From an uncultured Gammaproteobacteria bacterium (GTDB lineage Bacteria; Patescibacteriota; Microgenomatia; UBA10105; UBA927): DNA of 64,000 nucleotides. The notes beneath the pieces were generated by a model that saw only the letters and a program-made list of their open reading frames with translations, was not told where the DNA came from and did no database searches. Position numbers and translations under genes: made by a program. The stretch covers positions 3,137 through 67,136 of the forward strand of contig CAZKLT010000004.1 in NCBI GenBank assembly GCA_964553825.1, read 5' to 3'. Shown one piece after another: positions 45,527 to 55,159 of this stretch. How positions within the stretch are numbered: position 1 is the first letter of the stretch; every line of letters begins with the position of its first letter.

Positions 45527-46696
45527 ATGAAAACTGTCATATCGCACCGTTTCCCTTTCGTCATAGGTTTTGTTCTCGTGTTGGCTATCGGCGCAGGTCT
45601 CTTTGCGGGGAGTGGACAATTTGGCCGGCCTACCTGTGATCAGAAAGATGCGGAAGCACTGAAAAAATGTTGGGAAGCGGTGGTGTCAGTGTCTATGAAG
45701 AAGGGAGATATCGCAGGCGCATTTGATTCGCTGGCTGACCTCTATGGTGCCGCACCTAATCTGGGAGAAACGTGTCATAGTCTTACTCATGAGATAGGCC
45801 GAACGGCGTATCGGTTGTTTGCGCGCGATGTTGACTTTGGCATTACGCCGAAAACCGCATACTGTTCCTATGGCTTTTACCATGGGTTTATGGAAGAGCT
45901 GGTTTTGGCAAAAGGCGACATGAAGCTTGCGCGGGAATTTTGCAGTTATGTGGATCAGCAGCTTGTAAAGGTGAGTCCGGACGTGACGCTTCAGTGTTAT
46001 CACGGTATCGGGCACGGAACCGTCAATAATCATGATCCAAGAACATGGGGAGATCCGCAGAAGCTTATCGACCCGGCCATTGCGCTGTGTGAGGAAGTGG
46101 CGACGAATGACAGCGAAGTAAACCGATGTGCAACCGGGGTCTATAACGGACTTGCCGTTTTTTACAGCAACGGCGAATACAAATTAACGCTTGACCGAAA
46201 TGATCCGGTCGGCATTTGCAGAAGGCAGCCAGAGAAGTACCAGGATGCCTGTTATGTCAGTTTCAATACGCTTCTTTTGGGGTTGACGGGATATGATTTG
46301 GCAAAGGCTGCGACGTACCTTGCCCATATTCCCCAGGATGTGATTGCACAGCATGCCATGATTAACCTGGCATCTCCCGTCGGCACCAAACATATCACGG
46401 AAACAGACCATGCTCCAACGATTTCTGTCTGCCGGTCGCTGCCCGCGCGTATTCGGCTTGCGTGCATTCAGGGATATGCGTTTGGTTTTTTGGAACACGG
46501 TGAACCGACGAAAGAATACATAAAACCTCTTCAATTTTGCGAATCAAATCAGCTTACTACAGAAGAGCAAAATGCATGCTTTGAGTACATTTTAGGGTAT
46601 CTTCCCAGATGGTATGCCAAAGAGAAAGTTTTGATGATTTGTTCGGATCTTAATCCGAAATGGAAGGAATATTGTGAGAAGCAAACTATTCAATAG
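45527..46696 (+). CDS. Cys/His-rich paralog 5 (subtype B)
   Basis: KCWEAV..CHSLTHEIGRTAY..CSYGFYHGFMEEL..CYHGIGHG..CATGVYNGL. Confidence 0.7.
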   Translation: MKTVISHRFPFVIGFVLVLAIGAGLFAGSGQFGRPTCDQKDAEALKKCWEAVVSVSMKKGDIAGAFDSLADLYGAAPNLGETCHSLTHEIGRTAYRLFARDVDFGITPKTAYCSYGFYHGFMEELVLAKGDMKLAREFCSYVDQQLVKVSPDVTLQCYHGIGHGTVNNHDPRTWGDPQKLIDPAIALCEEVATNDSEVNRCATGVYNGLAVFYSNGEYKLTLDRNDPVGICRRQPEKYQDACYVSFNTLLLGLTGYDLAKAATYLAHIPQDVIAQHAMINLASPVGTKHITETDHAPTISVCRSLPARIRLACIQGYAFGFLEHGEPTKEYIKPLQFCESNQLTTEEQNACFEYILGYLPRWYAKEKVLMICSDLNPKWKEYCEKQTIQ

Positions 46697-48101
46697 AGCG
46701 CATGCATTTTTTCTGTTTACGGCATCAGGAATTTTGGGCCTCATTGCTTTTGTTGCTGTCGGCACCTGGTTTTCCAATACCGTTATTACCTTGACGGATG
46801 ACGGATTTTCTCCGAGGGTGGTAGTAGTGAGGAAAGGGGCGACAGTTCGCTTCAGTTCAAATCGTGGGCGATATTTCTGGCCCGCATCCGATCCGCACCC
46901 CATCCATACGAAGGAGCTGAGTTTTGATCCGAAGCGTGCCATTGCCCCGCAGGGTCAGTGGGAGTTTGTTCCCATGTCAGCAGGAATTTGGACATACCAT
47001 GATCACACCGCTCCGCAGTTTCGCGGGACGGTTATTGTACTTGCGGGCGACAGCAGCGTTTTGTCGTATGTGTGGGGACGTATTGGTCAGTGGGCTCGCA
47101 TCGTTTTGCTGAACACGCAGCGGCAAAGCGATGCATATTTCCGCGACTGCGGCCCTCTGGGTAAGGACTGTTGGGACAGAGCGTTTCTCGAAGTGGTCAA
47201 CCGCGAGGGGTCGCGGGAGGCATTAAGAATGGTGGATTATCTGCGGCGGACGTATCCTGAGTTTGCCAATTATTGCCACCAGTATGCCGATTTTATTGGT
47301 GACATTTCTTATTGGAATATACCTGCGGCGCGCAGAGTTCTTGATTTTGACATCTCGCTTGCCGGGCAGTGCTCAAGCGGCTACATGCACGGATATATGG
47401 GAGAGTTTATGTCACACGGTATTTTCGCGCAGGGTGTGGCATTTTGCGATCAGATTAGAGCCAAATACCCGGGAACAGAAGCGGCATTGGAGTGTTACCG
47501 GGGGATCGGCAATGGGCTTACCTTTCAAAACGGTTTTCTCTATTGGAATGATGAAACAGCGATCGTCGATCACGCTCTTGCCGGTTGCAGCGGGTTGGCA
47601 GAAGAAGATGCCTGTCGAAGTGGGGTATTTGTGGGGATAGATCACATGCATTTTGGCGTACACGGTTTTGAGTTACGACGTGATCCGAATGATCCGTTTG
47701 CGCTTTGCCGTGGCCGGGATACCGTTACCGAGGCTGCCTGTTATGATGCGACGATCTCATCCTTTTTTGCGGCGGTTGGTTATGATTTGTCCGAAGCGGC
47801 GAAGCATCTGCGCATACTACCCCTTATTCATGCCAAGCGCGTGGTGGAGCAAGTCGTGAAAATTCCTTACGAGCTGGAAGATTTTGAACGGAAAGGCGGA
47901 AATATGACCATTATTGCCTGGTGCCGATCAATCGGCGGTGCCTTACATCCTGCATGTTTTCGGGGATTTGTCCTGAAGTTATACACGATCGATGTTGAGT
48001 ATAATGGACAAAGTAGTCTTGCCCGCGAATTCTGTGGGAATTCATTTCTGAATCAGTCAGAGAAAGACATGTGTCAGCAGATATTCAATGAAGCCATATA
48101 A
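46674..48101 (+). CDS. Cys/His-rich paralog 6 with cupredoxin-like N-domain (subtype C); GTG start
   Basis: ITLTDDGFSPRVVVVRKGATVRFSSNRGRYFWPASDPHPIH...WEFVPMSAGIWTYHDHTAPQFRGTVIVL; 23-nt overlap with paralog 5. Confidence 0.65.
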   Translation: MRSKLFNRAHAFFLFTASGILGLIAFVAVGTWFSNTVITLTDDGFSPRVVVVRKGATVRFSSNRGRYFWPASDPHPIHTKELSFDPKRAIAPQGQWEFVPMSAGIWTYHDHTAPQFRGTVIVLAGDSSVLSYVWGRIGQWARIVLLNTQRQSDAYFRDCGPLGKDCWDRAFLEVVNREGSREALRMVDYLRRTYPEFANYCHQYADFIGDISYWNIPAARRVLDFDISLAGQCSSGYMHGYMGEFMSHGIFAQGVAFCDQIRAKYPGTEAALECYRGIGNGLTFQNGFLYWNDETAIVDHALAGCSGLAEEDACRSGVFVGIDHMHFGVHGFELRRDPNDPFALCRGRDTVTEAACYDATISSFFAAVGYDLSEAAKHLRILPLIHAKRVVEQVVKIPYELEDFERKGGNMTIIAWCRSIGGALHPACFRGFVLKLYTIDVEYNGQSSLAREFCGNSFLNQSEKDMCQQIFNEAI

Positions 48102-49269
48102 ACTCATTATTCCAATTTCATTATTTTTTCTGGTTACCGCTTCCTATGTGGGCCTGTATCGCGGAGCGGGATCGACGCCCCAACATGCAGCGCAGCGTGT
48201 CATCAGTCGGTGTCAGAACGAAGCCCACCGACCTGCCTGTTATGAGCGGGAGATTCCGAAACTCATGAACACGCTCTCCATGGAAGATGCCTTTGCCGTC
48301 ACCCGTCTGGTGCAGGACGCTGATCCAGCGTTTGCATACTGTCATGTGGTAGCGCATAAATTAACCGCGATAGAAACAAAAAAGAATCCTCTGAGGTGGA
48401 AAGACGTCATGCTCAGGTGTCCGCAATCGGCGTGTAATTACGGCTGCCTCCACGGATCGCTTATCGAACGGTTCCGCGGAGAAACACTCAGCGATACGCA
48501 GATCGCTCAAACCGAACTCAGCATAAAAGATCTCTGTGAGCCGCGCCCGGGATTTGCTCCAACGGAAATTGAGCGCACGATGTGTTATCACGGCATAGGA
48601 CATCTTGCGATGTATATGACCGGAGGAGATCCTGCGCGCAGTATTCCGGTATGTGAGCGGCTTGCGAAGCGGGACGATGGCCGGGAGTATATAAAAACGT
48701 GTGTTGAAGGCGTATTTATGACTGTTTTTCAGAGTATCGATCCTGAAGATCTCGCCCTCGTTATCGACATTAGGCCCAACAAGCAGGATGTTGGCGCTTT
48801 CTGTGAGCAGTACGGTGTATACGTGGCCAACTGCCGACGTGAATCTTACGCGATGTTCGCAGACGAAACCCAAACCGCCGAAGGACTCCGCTCTTTCTGT
48901 TCCTATGCCCGCGGAGAAGAGGAAAAGCGGGATTGTTATTGGGCGGTGATTAACGCCAAAACGACGATATTCTTTGAACAGTCCGATTCGGTTTCCCGGA
49001 TTGGAGCATACTGTCGATCGTTTCCGGCAGACACTCGCAGCTGGTGCTGGCGGGGAGCGGCTATGCGGTTAGTACAAATAGATCCGTTGAGGAATGTCCG
49101 TGCGGCTGATTCCGTCTGCGCTATGGGGTCGACACAAACAGAAATCCAATCCTGTTATCAGGATTTGCTTTATTATGCTGAATTCTCGTTTGAAAAAAAC
49201 AGCCAACCATATAAAGAGTATTGCGGCGGCCTTGCCGAATCCTGGAGACAGCAATGCGTCAGTCAATAA
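48088..49269 (+). CDS. Cys/His-rich paralog 7 (subtype A)
   Basis: RCQNEAHRPACYEREIPKLM..YCHVVAHKL..CNYGCLHGS..CYHGIGHLAMYMTGGD. Confidence 0.7.
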   Translation: MKPYKLIIPISLFFLVTASYVGLYRGAGSTPQHAAQRVISRCQNEAHRPACYEREIPKLMNTLSMEDAFAVTRLVQDADPAFAYCHVVAHKLTAIETKKNPLRWKDVMLRCPQSACNYGCLHGSLIERFRGETLSDTQIAQTELSIKDLCEPRPGFAPTEIERTMCYHGIGHLAMYMTGGDPARSIPVCERLAKRDDGREYIKTCVEGVFMTVFQSIDPEDLALVIDIRPNKQDVGAFCEQYGVYVANCRRESYAMFADETQTAEGLRSFCSYARGEEEKRDCYWAVINAKTTIFFEQSDSVSRIGAYCRSFPADTRSWCWRGAAMRLVQIDPLRNVRAADSVCAMGSTQTEIQSCYQDLLYYAEFSFEKNSQPYKEYCGGLAESWRQQCVSQ

Positions 49270-50450
49270 AAAGGAAACCATTGATCGTGGGAACACTTAT
49301 AGCAGCGTGCGTGGGCTTGCTTGCCGTTGGCGTCTGGTATGTGTCGCGGGGAGCGAGCGTATCGTCAAAAATGGTGGCAGCCTTGGCCTCAAGCTGCGCT
49401 CAGTCAACGGAAACTGCCAAAACGCAGTGTTGGGAAGATCTCGTGCGTAAGGTTATCCGGGAGCATGGCGTACGGGCGGCGTTTGACGTTATATCCGCTC
49501 TGCATGATGCAGATGCGCAATTTGCACAAACCTGTCACGCCATGGTGCATATTGTGGGACAACAGGCATACGGAGAATTTCATACGACCGGACGGGTTGA
49601 TTTGTCAGCGAAGGCAGCGTCCTGCGCATTTGGGTTCTATCATGGATTTATGGAGATGTTGGTAGCGCGCAAAGGGACGATTGCCCAGGCGCAGCAATTT
49701 TGTGATTATGTCGATCGGATACTCGGAAATGAGACACCGAATGCGATATATAGCTGCACTCACGGGATTGGACACGGATCTACCGATATTCATAATCCTC
49801 AGTATTATGGGAATGAGCGGGCGGTCATAGCGCCTGCGATTGCAAATTGTGAGGCATTTGCCCGGGACGATCATGAGCTGACGCTCTGCGCGACGGGCAT
49901 ATTTGATTCGATTGCGCTTGCATACTACAACAACGGAGAAAATGGGTTTGTGATGAAAAAAGAGGACCCGCTCTGGCTCTGCCACGAGCAACCCTTAAAG
50001 TATAAGGAGGCGTGCTATCGTGATATGATGCCAGCCGTGATTTGGATGGGGGAGCACGACCTGACCCTTGCCGCCCCGATCGTTTTCACGCACGCAGAGG
50101 ACGACTACAAGGCGTTTGCCCTTGAAGCCCTTGCGGAAAACAGCGTTCGGTTCATTGTGAACAAAAAACCAACCACCGTATATCTGCCATATTGTCGCTC
50201 CCTTACGGGAAGTCTCTCTGATGCCTGTGTACGCGGATTGGCGGCAGGAGCGATGCAATTTGGCAGACCTGATCGTGAATATGAAGACGCGTTGGTATTC
50301 TGTAAAGACGACCTGCTCACTGCCGGAGAGAAGGATATCTGCATGAAGCGGATTTTGGATTATGCACGCGGGCGGTATTCGCAAAAGCGGGTTTCTGATA
50401 TCTGCAGGGAAACAGAAGAAATCTGGCGACCGTACTGCACACAACTATGA
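49254..50450 (+). CDS. Cys/His-rich paralog 8 (subtype B)
   Basis: QCWEDLV..CHAMVHIVGQQAY..CAFGFYHGFMEML..CTHGIGHG..CATGIFDSI; start at ATG 49254 (16-nt overlap). Confidence 0.7.
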   Translation: MRQSIKRKPLIVGTLIAACVGLLAVGVWYVSRGASVSSKMVAALASSCAQSTETAKTQCWEDLVRKVIREHGVRAAFDVISALHDADAQFAQTCHAMVHIVGQQAYGEFHTTGRVDLSAKAASCAFGFYHGFMEMLVARKGTIAQAQQFCDYVDRILGNETPNAIYSCTHGIGHGSTDIHNPQYYGNERAVIAPAIANCEAFARDDHELTLCATGIFDSIALAYYNNGENGFVMKKEDPLWLCHEQPLKYKEACYRDMMPAVIWMGEHDLTLAAPIVFTHAEDDYKAFALEALAENSVRFIVNKKPTTVYLPYCRSLTGSLSDACVRGLAAGAMQFGRPDREYEDALVFCKDDLLTAGEKDICMKRILDYARGRYSQKRVSDICRETEEIWRPYCTQL

Positions 50451-51676
50451 AACTGAGCGGTGGGAAAAAGCTATTGTTGGCGGGACTGTTGGTGCTTCTT
50501 GTGGCGGAAATTGCATATCTTATCGTCCCAACGCTCAATCGTTCGAAAGACGATCTTCTGACGCTTGCGTCCCAGTCGATTCTGCGTGCATGCGAAAACA
50601 ACCAGCACCGGCCGACCTGCTATGACCGGGAGATTCCCAAGCTTATGAACCGATTTACCCTTGAGGATGTTTTTGCGGTTACCAAGCGTATACAGTCTCA
50701 GGATCAGTCCTATGCGTATTGCCACGTGTTGGGACACGCAGTCTCTGCCGCCGAAACGAAAAAAGACCCGTCTCTTTGGCGTGAAGTCATAACACGATGT
50801 CCCAGCGGCGTGTGCTCAAACGGGTGTGTCCATGGGGCCTTTCAGGAGCGATTCCGCACCGACGTTCTTCCGGATCATGAAATTGAGGTGATAAAGCCCG
50901 ACTTGCTCACGGTGTGTGAGCCACGGGATTCATGGAAACCCACAAGTCTTGAGCAGGCAACGTGCTACCACGCACTTGGGCACCTGCTCATGTATATTAC
51001 GGGTGCGGATCTGACGAAATCCGTGGGACTGTGCGATCAGCTGGCCGGGGTAAAAGACGGGAGCCAGTTTGATTTCCGTCATATCTGCTACGATGGCGCG
51101 TTTATGCAGATATTTCAGCCGCTTGAGCCGGAAGACCGGGCGCTGGTTGCCGGAAAACAGCCGGCCAAAGCAGATGTGTCGGCCTATTGCAGCGTTTGGG
51201 AGGGGCAGCGGCAGGTTTCATGCATCAGTGAGTCGTGGCCGCTTTTCCTGAACGAACTACAGGATCCTTCTTATCTCTCGACGTTTTGCGGGCAGCTTCC
51301 CTCCGATTTCTCACCGCGGTGTTATACCGGTATGTTTTATATACTCGTCGTACAGTTTCGGTTTGACCTCTCGCGGATGAAAGTCTATTGCGACGGGCTA
51401 CCCCAGAATTTGAGCGGGGCATGCTACGCCAATACGGCATCCCGTCTTATTGAGACTGACTGGGGAAATGTGTATAAGGCAGCCGCATGGTGCAAGGACG
51501 CCGGGAGTGTCACCGCGCAGCAGGACTGCTATCAGGAGCTTGCGTTTTATGCGTCATATAATTTCCATATGGGGTCGCCGGAATTCTATTCCCTGTGTGA
51601 GGCCCTGCCTGAGCCCTGGAAAGACGCCTGTCTGAAAGGTTCGACGGAAGGAAATCTGAAGCCAGTGAATCAATAG
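50447..51676 (+). CDS. Cys/His-rich paralog 9 (subtype A)
   Basis: ATGA overlap; RACENNQHRPTCYDREIPKLM..YCHVLGHAV..CSNGCVHGAF..CYHALGHLLMYITGAD; five C-x9-11-C[YL] units in C-half. Confidence 0.7.
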   Translation: MKLSGGKKLLLAGLLVLLVAEIAYLIVPTLNRSKDDLLTLASQSILRACENNQHRPTCYDREIPKLMNRFTLEDVFAVTKRIQSQDQSYAYCHVLGHAVSAAETKKDPSLWREVITRCPSGVCSNGCVHGAFQERFRTDVLPDHEIEVIKPDLLTVCEPRDSWKPTSLEQATCYHALGHLLMYITGADLTKSVGLCDQLAGVKDGSQFDFRHICYDGAFMQIFQPLEPEDRALVAGKQPAKADVSAYCSVWEGQRQVSCISESWPLFLNELQDPSYLSTFCGQLPSDFSPRCYTGMFYILVVQFRFDLSRMKVYCDGLPQNLSGACYANTASRLIETDWGNVYKAAAWCKDAGSVTAQQDCYQELAFYASYNFHMGSPEFYSLCEALPEPWKDACLKGSTEGNLKPVNQ

Positions 51677-51677
51677 T

Positions 51678-52667
51678 ATGCGTATGCAACAAATATCATC
51701 GCCAATATGGTGGGCGTTTTGCGCGCTGGGCGTGACGGTTGCCGTTATCAGTGCCGCTGCGGGCATGATGGCGCCGCCGGAGCCGAGCGCCCCTGTCACC
51801 GATTCAGCGGGTGCCGTGCGGCAACTGTCGGGTATTATCCGCGCGCGCGGAGTAGATGCTGCGCAGGCGTTTTTTCTTAAACACTTCTTCTCGTACTCTG
51901 ACAACCACAGGCACTATCTGGGCCATCTAATCGGTGAGCACATATATAAGACATATGGTATGGACGGCATTAGCAGGTGTTATTCCAGTATGGAGTTTGG
52001 CTGTATCCACGGGTTTCTGCTGACTGGCTATATGGATCGGGGCGATCCGTTTCTTGACGCGGTCATTTCACGTTGCAGTCAGGATTTGCCGGAGGGGTGC
52101 ATGCATGGGCTCGGTCATGCGTTTTTGCTTATACGGGGATACGATATTGCCGATGTACGGTCCAGTATTGACGCCTGTCTTGCCCTGAGCACGCAGTTGC
52201 CGTACCGGCAGCAGTGTATTCAGGGGGTATATATGGAATACAATGACCGGTTTCTGGTTGACGGATCGCTGAGCGCAAATTCGTTTAAACCAAGAGCATA
52301 CGATCCAGACAATCCATATGCTCCGTGTGACACCGAGCCGGCACAGCTTCAGCCGATTTGTTATCGGGAACTCGTGTTGTACTGGTCGAATATTTCTACA
52401 CTGAACCCAGAGCTCATGGCTGATCTGTGCAACGGATTGTCCGGCGAAAACCGCTATGAGTGTTATTGGAGCTTGGGCGGTCTCGTAGCCGGTGACAGTA
52501 AAGAAATAGAGTCTCCGCTTGTCGAATGCTTACAGTTTGCACCGAAAGATTTGTCCGCATGTCTGAAAGGCGCAGTCCTATCAGTGGCATTTCAGAGCCA
52601 AAGGCCCCGTTCTGAATTCTGTGCACCACTACCTGCTGCTGTAGCTAAGGAGTGCCGCACATGGTAA
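51678..52667 (+). CDS. Cys/His-rich paralog 10 (subtype D)
   Basis: HYLGHLIGEHIY..CYSSMEFGCIHGF..CMHGLGHAF..CIQGVYMEY. Confidence 0.7.
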   Translation: MRMQQISSPIWWAFCALGVTVAVISAAAGMMAPPEPSAPVTDSAGAVRQLSGIIRARGVDAAQAFFLKHFFSYSDNHRHYLGHLIGEHIYKTYGMDGISRCYSSMEFGCIHGFLLTGYMDRGDPFLDAVISRCSQDLPEGCMHGLGHAFLLIRGYDIADVRSSIDACLALSTQLPYRQQCIQGVYMEYNDRFLVDGSLSANSFKPRAYDPDNPYAPCDTEPAQLQPICYRELVLYWSNISTLNPELMADLCNGLSGENRYECYWSLGGLVAGDSKEIESPLVECLQFAPKDLSACLKGAVLSVAFQSQRPRSEFCAPLPAAVAKECRTW

Positions 52668-53677
52668 AGATAAAGCATATTATCGGCATCGGCCTTCTTG
52701 TAATTGCAGTAGTTTTCGGTGCGCTGTACGCAGCCTCATCCCGCAGCGACAGCCTTTCGCGCGTTTTTGCCGGCGGTGACTTGTCGCCGGGGAAGCTGCG
52801 GGGTGCCTTCATGGCGACCATCCAGCGTGACGGTCCGGCCGAAACGTACACCAGGCTCAAGGTGCTGCTTGCCGGTATCGACGCTCCTCAGCAACACAGC
52901 ATCGCTCATATATTCGGGAATGTACTTTATAAAACAAACGGACTGTCGGGCCTGACGGTCTGCGATGCCAGCTTCGGATTTGGGTGTTACCATAGCTTTT
53001 TTGGCGCTGCCATCAGCGAAAAGGGGGAGAGCATTGTCACAGAGCTTGATCGTATTTGTGTTTCGGCGTATGGACCGATGGGACTTGGGTGTCCCCATGG
53101 GATAGGGCATGGCCTTGGAGCGTATTTCGGGCCGGACAGGATCGACGAGCAGCTTGCCCTGTGCAGTACCCTCAGCTGGAAAGGGAAGTATCTCGGGTGT
53201 CAGGGTGGCGTTTTTATGGAATATAATACGCCCACAGAAAGCCAGAGTGATACAGCCACAACTTCCGTGCGGCCCTTTGATCCCGATCGGCCGTACGGTA
53301 TCTGTCAGCAGATTGACGACACATTTCAGCCGGCCTGTTTCCTGGAGTTGTCGGGCTGGTGGGAACAGGCTATGGGTAGGGACTACGCGAGAATAGGGGC
53401 GTTATGCCGGCACGTGCAAGGCAGGAACAATCGGGACAGTTGTTTTCTGGGTATCGGATATGCGGTAGCACAGTCTACCTGGTATGATCTGCAGCAGACG
53501 CGCGATGCATGTGCAGCCGCAGGGGATGCCGATGAAGAAATGCTGTGTACCGCAGGCGCCGCGTGGAGCTTTTTTGCCAATCCGGCGGTGCGGGGGCAGG
53601 CCGCGGACGTGTGTCAGCGTCTGGCGAACGATATGCGGGCAGATTGTGTTAAGCGATCCGACCTACTTTCCCTATAG
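52661..53677 (+). CDS. Cys/His-rich paralog 11 (subtype D)
   Basis: HSIAHIFGNVLY..CDASFGFGCYHSF..CPHGIGHGL..CQGGVFMEY. Confidence 0.7.
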   Translation: MVKIKHIIGIGLLVIAVVFGALYAASSRSDSLSRVFAGGDLSPGKLRGAFMATIQRDGPAETYTRLKVLLAGIDAPQQHSIAHIFGNVLYKTNGLSGLTVCDASFGFGCYHSFFGAAISEKGESIVTELDRICVSAYGPMGLGCPHGIGHGLGAYFGPDRIDEQLALCSTLSWKGKYLGCQGGVFMEYNTPTESQSDTATTSVRPFDPDRPYGICQQIDDTFQPACFLELSGWWEQAMGRDYARIGALCRHVQGRNNRDSCFLGIGYAVAQSTWYDLQQTRDACAAAGDADEEMLCTAGAAWSFFANPAVRGQAADVCQRLANDMRADCVKRSDLLSL

Positions 53678-53680
53678 GAT

Positions 53681-55159
53681 ATGAGAAAGTTTCGTGCATT
53701 TTTACTGCTGCGATACCGAATTGTGATCCTTATTTTGGCTATTTTTCTTGCCTGCGCAGGCGCCATCTGGTTTTGGGTTCCCCAACCGCGTACGGTGGCT
53801 TTGGGTGAAAAAGGATTTGAACCCGCTGAACTTCGTGTGCCGGTCGGTACGGTGATCACCTTCGAAAATCACACACAAAAAACCTTTTGGCCGGCCAGCA
53901 ACTTCCACCCGTCGCACAAGATATATCCAGAGTTTGACTCGAAGAAGCCCATACCGGCGGGTGATTCCTGGAGTTTCCGTTTTTCGGTTGCCGGAGTATG
54001 GCGTTACCATGACCATCTCAACAGCCGCCACACCGGAACAATAATCGTGTATGCATCACCGTTTGTCCGGGCACAACAACTGTGCGACGGCGACATTGAT
54101 GTCCTGCCGACGAAGACGCAGGAGCGCTGTTGGATACAGGATATAGAAAAGACGCTCGTGACAAAGGGGATTGACGCGGCGTTTGAGCAGTTCGGCCGCC
54201 TGTACGAGACGAAAAATGCATTCTCCGCCGACTGTCATGATGTTACTCATTTGCTGGGTGAGGCGGCGTATAGGGATTATGTGCGCCACGGAACAGTCAT
54301 AGAGTCGACAAAAACAGCCTACTGCGGGTACGGATTCTATCATGGATTCATCGAGGCGCTCTTGTTTACCACCGGGGATTTTCAGCAGGCAAAGTCCTAC
54401 TGTCATGCCGTACAAGAGAAGCTGGAAGAGAAGATTGTCTCACCCAATGCCATTTATTCATGCTATCACGGGCTTGGTCACGGAACATTTGATACGCAGG
54501 CGTACTCAGAGTGGGGCGACGACGAACAGATGCTTGCATCTGCGCTGGATACCTGCGACCGGGTAACCCGGGGCGAGGAGCAGGAATTGGTGAAACAGTG
54601 TGCAACCGGCGTGTTTAATGCCCTGGCCAATGCGTACAACAACAATACGTATAATCTTTCGTTCGACCGGCAGGCGCCGTGGGGCGTGTGCGATAATCAG
54701 AAGAACGATGAGCACAAGAAGGCATGTTTCCGTGAAGTTACCGCATCATATATAAAGGGGACCGTGAAGGATACGAAGGAGGGCCTTACGAAACTCTCGC
54801 AGATCGTAGATCCCGTAGGAGCGGGGGCTGCCATGTTTGCGTATATGAGTGAGGAGGCGCGATTGGGAATGGACGTGATTGCCGCAAGTGAATTCGTCCG
54901 TCTTTGCAACACGCTTCAATCTTCTCTGCTGCGCGCGGCGTGTGCGCAGGGAGTGGGGGCTGGTTTATTTCTGTGGGGCAAACCGGGACACGAACATGAG
55001 AAGGCGATTGCATTCTGTATGACCCAGGGACTGGGAGTCGAAAGTCGGGATGCGTGCATGACCTATATTGTGCCCCGTATACGCACTGTGTATAACCGGG
55101 ATAGAGTTTCGGCCGTCTGCCGCGCGATTGATCCGGCATATCAGCATTTATGTCAATGA
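53681..55159 (+). CDS. Cys/His-rich paralog 12 with cupredoxin-like N-domain (subtype C)
   Basis: VALGEKGFEPAELRVPVGTVITFENHTQKTFWPASNFHPSH...WSFRFSVAGVWRYHDHLNSRHTGTIIVY; CHDVTHLLGEAAY..CGYGFYHGFIEAL..CYHGLGHG..CATGVFNAL. Confidence 0.7.
   Translation: MRKFRAFLLLRYRIVILILAIFLACAGAIWFWVPQPRTVALGEKGFEPAELRVPVGTVITFENHTQKTFWPASNFHPSHKIYPEFDSKKPIPAGDSWSFRFSVAGVWRYHDHLNSRHTGTIIVYASPFVRAQQLCDGDIDVLPTKTQERCWIQDIEKTLVTKGIDAAFEQFGRLYETKNAFSADCHDVTHLLGEAAYRDYVRHGTVIESTKTAYCGYGFYHGFIEALLFTTGDFQQAKSYCHAVQEKLEEKIVSPNAIYSCYHGLGHGTFDTQAYSEWGDDEQMLASALDTCDRVTRGEEQELVKQCATGVFNALANAYNNNTYNLSFDRQAPWGVCDNQKNDEHKKACFREVTASYIKGTVKDTKEGLTKLSQIVDPVGAGAAMFAYMSEEARLGMDVIAASEFVRLCNTLQSSLLRAACAQGVGAGLFLWGKPGHEHEKAIAFCMTQGLGVESRDACMTYIVPRIRTVYNRDRVSAVCRAIDPAYQHLCQ

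Noticed and set aside
48088-51676. c-type cytochrome heme-binding motifs (CxxCH) in the Cys/His-rich paralogs
   Set aside because: The recurring pattern is C-x3-C-x-H-G (e.g., CNYGCLHG, CSNGCVHG), not CxxCH. No canonical heme c site was found in any paralog.
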